This document shows, piece by piece, positions 62,000 through 64,000 of a stretch of DNA of 64,000 bases. Source of the DNA: Desulfatiglandales bacterium (lineage in GTDB: Bacteria > Desulfobacterota > DSM-4660 > Desulfatiglandales > Desulfatiglandaceae); assembly GCA_963662465.1 (NCBI GenBank), contig OY759599.1, forward strand, positions 2,656,001 through 2,720,000, in the 5' to 3' direction. Under the pieces are notes generated by a model that saw nothing but the letters and a program-made list of their open reading frames with translations, was not told the DNA's origin and searched no databases. Positions within the stretch are counted from its first letter, which is position 1. Every line of letters begins with the position of its first letter. The position numbers were made by a program, and so were the translations under genes.

Positions 62000-62356
62000 A
62001 TGAATTTTGAAATAGAAAAAAAAGGCGCACTGATTATCATACTCATGCCGGGCAAAAGCTTTGAAGCCGCCATGGTCGAAGACTTTAACCACAATCTTGC
62101 ACCCATCCTTCAGGAGAACACCCATGTTGTATTCGATTTAAGCCATATTCGTTTTCTGGACAGCATGGGATGCGGCGCACTTCTGACCTGCCATAAAAAA
62201 TTGACGGCAAAAGGGCTTCGAATGGGTCTTTGTTGCGCCCAAAAACCGGTCACCGCCATCTTCAATTTAATGGGATTCCCCCAACTGTTTGACATCTTTA
62301 AAACGCGAAAAGACGCCGAGAAAGCCCTTATGAACCTCCAGAAAATGCACCCTTGA
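62000..62356 (+). CDS. STAS-domain anti-sigma factor antagonist
   Basis: DLSHIRFLDSMG phospho-Ser motif. Confidence 0.88.
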   Translation: MNFEIEKKGALIIILMPGKSFEAAMVEDFNHNLAPILQENTHVVFDLSHIRFLDSMGCGALLTCHKKLTAKGLRMGLCCAQKPVTAIFNLMGFPQLFDIFKTRKDAEKALMNLQKMHP

Positions 62357-62496
62357 CGAGGGTACAACCCCAGCCCAAAACGCCCCCCCCTTGTGTCGCG
62401 ACAAAGACCGTTTTCTTCGACAAATCTGTCGAGGTTTCAAACCCGACCATCGTCTCTTTTCGGCGGTAAAGCATTGAAATCACATATTATAGAAAT

Positions 62497-62513
62497 TTGG
62501 CACGGTTCATGCT
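62497..62513 (+). promoter_or_regulatory. sigma54 promoter with upstream palindromes
   Basis: TTGGCACGGTTCATGCT (GG-N10-GC); TCGACA-N4-TGTCGA at 62417-62432 and TGTCGCGACA near 62394-62403. Confidence 0.8.
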
Positions 62514-62569
62514 TTATTCAAAGGCACATGCAGGGCGTACCTGCACCTTAAAAACAGGAGGAGCAACGA

Positions 62570-62803
62570 ATGAAACGAATGATGACGGGAATGATGGTAT
62601 TTGTGGTAACAATGACCCTGGGCATGGGCGTAGGTTTTGCGGGCAATGGAAACGGCAAAGGGGGTAATGGCGGCGGAACCAAAGACCGCAAGCGGGACGG
62701 GTCCTGTATTTCCTACACCACGGATGGCAATTCCCATAACCTGCTGACCCTGGCCAAACAGCAAAGTAGAGACCGGAAAAAGGACGGAAGCTGCAGGAGC
62801 TAA
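62570..62803 (+). CDS. small exported protein with two DR(K)xDGSC motifs
   Basis: AGGAGGAG RBS, signal peptide, Gly-rich linker, KDRKRDGSC and RDRKKDGSC. Confidence 0.8.
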   Translation: MKRMMTGMMVFVVTMTLGMGVGFAGNGNGKGGNGGGTKDRKRDGSCISYTTDGNSHNLLTLAKQQSRDRKKDGSCRS

Positions 62804-63337
62804 AAACAGACGCACACCTTTGCCATGAAAATACAGCCGTTAGCTGTTAGCTTAAAAGCGGTAGAGGATTTTCATGTTTGGGGGTGGCAAATCCCTTGTC
62901 ATGGGGGTTTACCGAGGAATCCAAAGCGGGAAGCCTCCAAATGAAGGAGACTTCCCACCTCCAAACGCCAACCGAAAATTCATTCCCCTGAGCAGATGAA
63001 ACAGGCGGAAAAGAATCAGCATCCTTCGTAAAAAATTCTCCTTAAGCACTTATTTTTCTTGACATGATACCATTTAATATCTCATCATTTGAAGATATTC
63101 TCACCAATCATTCAGTTCCTATCCAGAGGGTTAGAGTTGCAAGGGTTGATCCGGAAATTAATATTTAATGCTCTCCTTTCACGACGGTTGAAAAGGATTG
63201 GTTTTCAGAAATGGCCAATACCCGGCCTCCAAAGGGACTCCCGTTGCTTTGGAGGCAAAACAAGTACAGCAATTCTCTTTTTGACTCATGGGAAAAATTC
63301 ACCCGGCAAAACTTTTATCTTGTATTGGAGGAAAAAA

Positions 63338-64000
63338 ATGGATGCTATTCATGGCAGGGCTTTGAAGATAGGTGGGTTATGCTTGTTTCTGTTTGTTACA
63401 CTTTTCGCTTTGACCCTTAATCAGGCGCACGCATATCCAGCGCCGAAATTCATAAGCGCGCTCGTTTATTCTTCACACAACACTGACGGATCAACCACAA
63501 CCGAGTTTTATTCAAGAATAAGCGGACCATCTCCGGAAGATGTGGCCTCTTTTACCGCTACCGGTCCTTCAGGCACATTTGAACTCAAATCCGGGAGTTC
63601 TTTCAGGGAATACGGTCTCTATTATTACGTTGGAGAGGGGAGCATCATCGGCAATGGCACCTACACATTTCAAGTCACGGACAACACCGGCCGTTCAGCC
63701 ACAATAGATCGAGACTTCGCCTACAATGGAACACTTCCACAAGTAGACTCCGCAACCATGATCCCGGGAAATGGGGCGTATATTGGAACAACCACCCCCA
63801 CCCTGAGTTTCGATCCGGTTGCAGGGACCGTCTATTACCAGCTTTTGATCTGGGACTATGATTATAAGGCAATCTGGTCCGCTAGCCCAACAACAACGGC
63901 TACATCCTTTACCGTCCCTGCCGGACTTCTCCAACCCAACACGGCCTACCGGTGGGATGTGCGTGTCTGGGACAACGATTCAGACCGTCAAAACCGTCAT
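63338..64000 (+). CDS. secreted Ig/FN3-like protein, runs off the window end
   Basis: Not in the ORF track. GGAGG RBS, ATG 63338, signal peptide ending AHA, open for 221 codons (TPTLSFDPV, LQPNTAYRWDVRVWD). Confidence 0.85.
   Translation, partial: MDAIHGRALKIGGLCLFLFVTLFALTLNQAHAYPAPKFISALVYSSHNTDGSTTTEFYSRISGPSPEDVASFTATGPSGTFELKSGSSFREYGLYYYVGEGSIIGNGTYTFQVTDNTGRSATIDRDFAYNGTLPQVDSATMIPGNGAYIGTTTPTLSFDPVAGTVYYQLLIWDYDYKAIWSASPTTTATSFTVPAGLLQPNTAYRWDVRVWDNDSDRQNRH

Noticed and set aside
62880..62920. c-di-GMP-I riboswitch suggested by GGCAAA
   Set aside because: The GNRA-capped stem and second conserved stem are not evident; it looks like part of a palindromic intergenic repeat.
63118..63260. 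SAM-I riboswitch suggested by ATCCAGAG and a downstream hairpin
   Set aside because: The following conserved GAGGGA/GCAACC elements are absent; the 63225-63256 hairpin has no U-tract.

Overview
Bacterial chromosomal window, by gene content most likely an anaerobic Desulfobacterota-type organism (inference). From left to right it holds the following. (1) 1-3.1 kb: a decayed accessory edge with a truncated SNF2 helicase and two gene fragments. (2) 3.2-22.9 kb: a minus-strand catabolic/redox cluster under a divergent LysR gene. It encodes a membrane ETF:quinone-type oxidoreductase, EtfA/EtfB, a COG1233 flavoenzyme, an SDR, BamD/BamE/BamC-like electron-transfer subunits around a non-BamB AOR-family enzyme, and three phenylphosphate-synthase-like dikinase genes, one fused to a receiver domain. 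(3) 22.9-28.1 kb: two toxin-antitoxin pairs and a frameshifted VIT/DUF2135 gene. The 3' end of that gene is duplicated around an abrB-vapC module with integron-cassette (attC-like) hallmarks. (4) 28.2-34.0 kb: a sigma54-driven speD-like/GNAT/ATP-grasp/PLP-decarboxylase operon with its divergent activator. (5) 35.3-43.0 kb: a twice-frameshifted ~2,550-codon IPTL-CTERM surface protein. (6) 43.3-50.3 kb: an operon with a PPDK-like protein lacking the pyruvate domain, a divergent GAPDH and a membrane dynamin/EHD-like NTPase. (7) 50.6-64 kb: mostly ordinary genes (PPIase, carboxyltransferase and biotin carrier, VapBC, RND pump, receiver protein, MscS, MutY, anti-/anti-anti-sigma pair, secreted proteins). 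I saw no rRNA, tRNA or CRISPR array. All family assignments come from motif recognition by eye; no database search was run.
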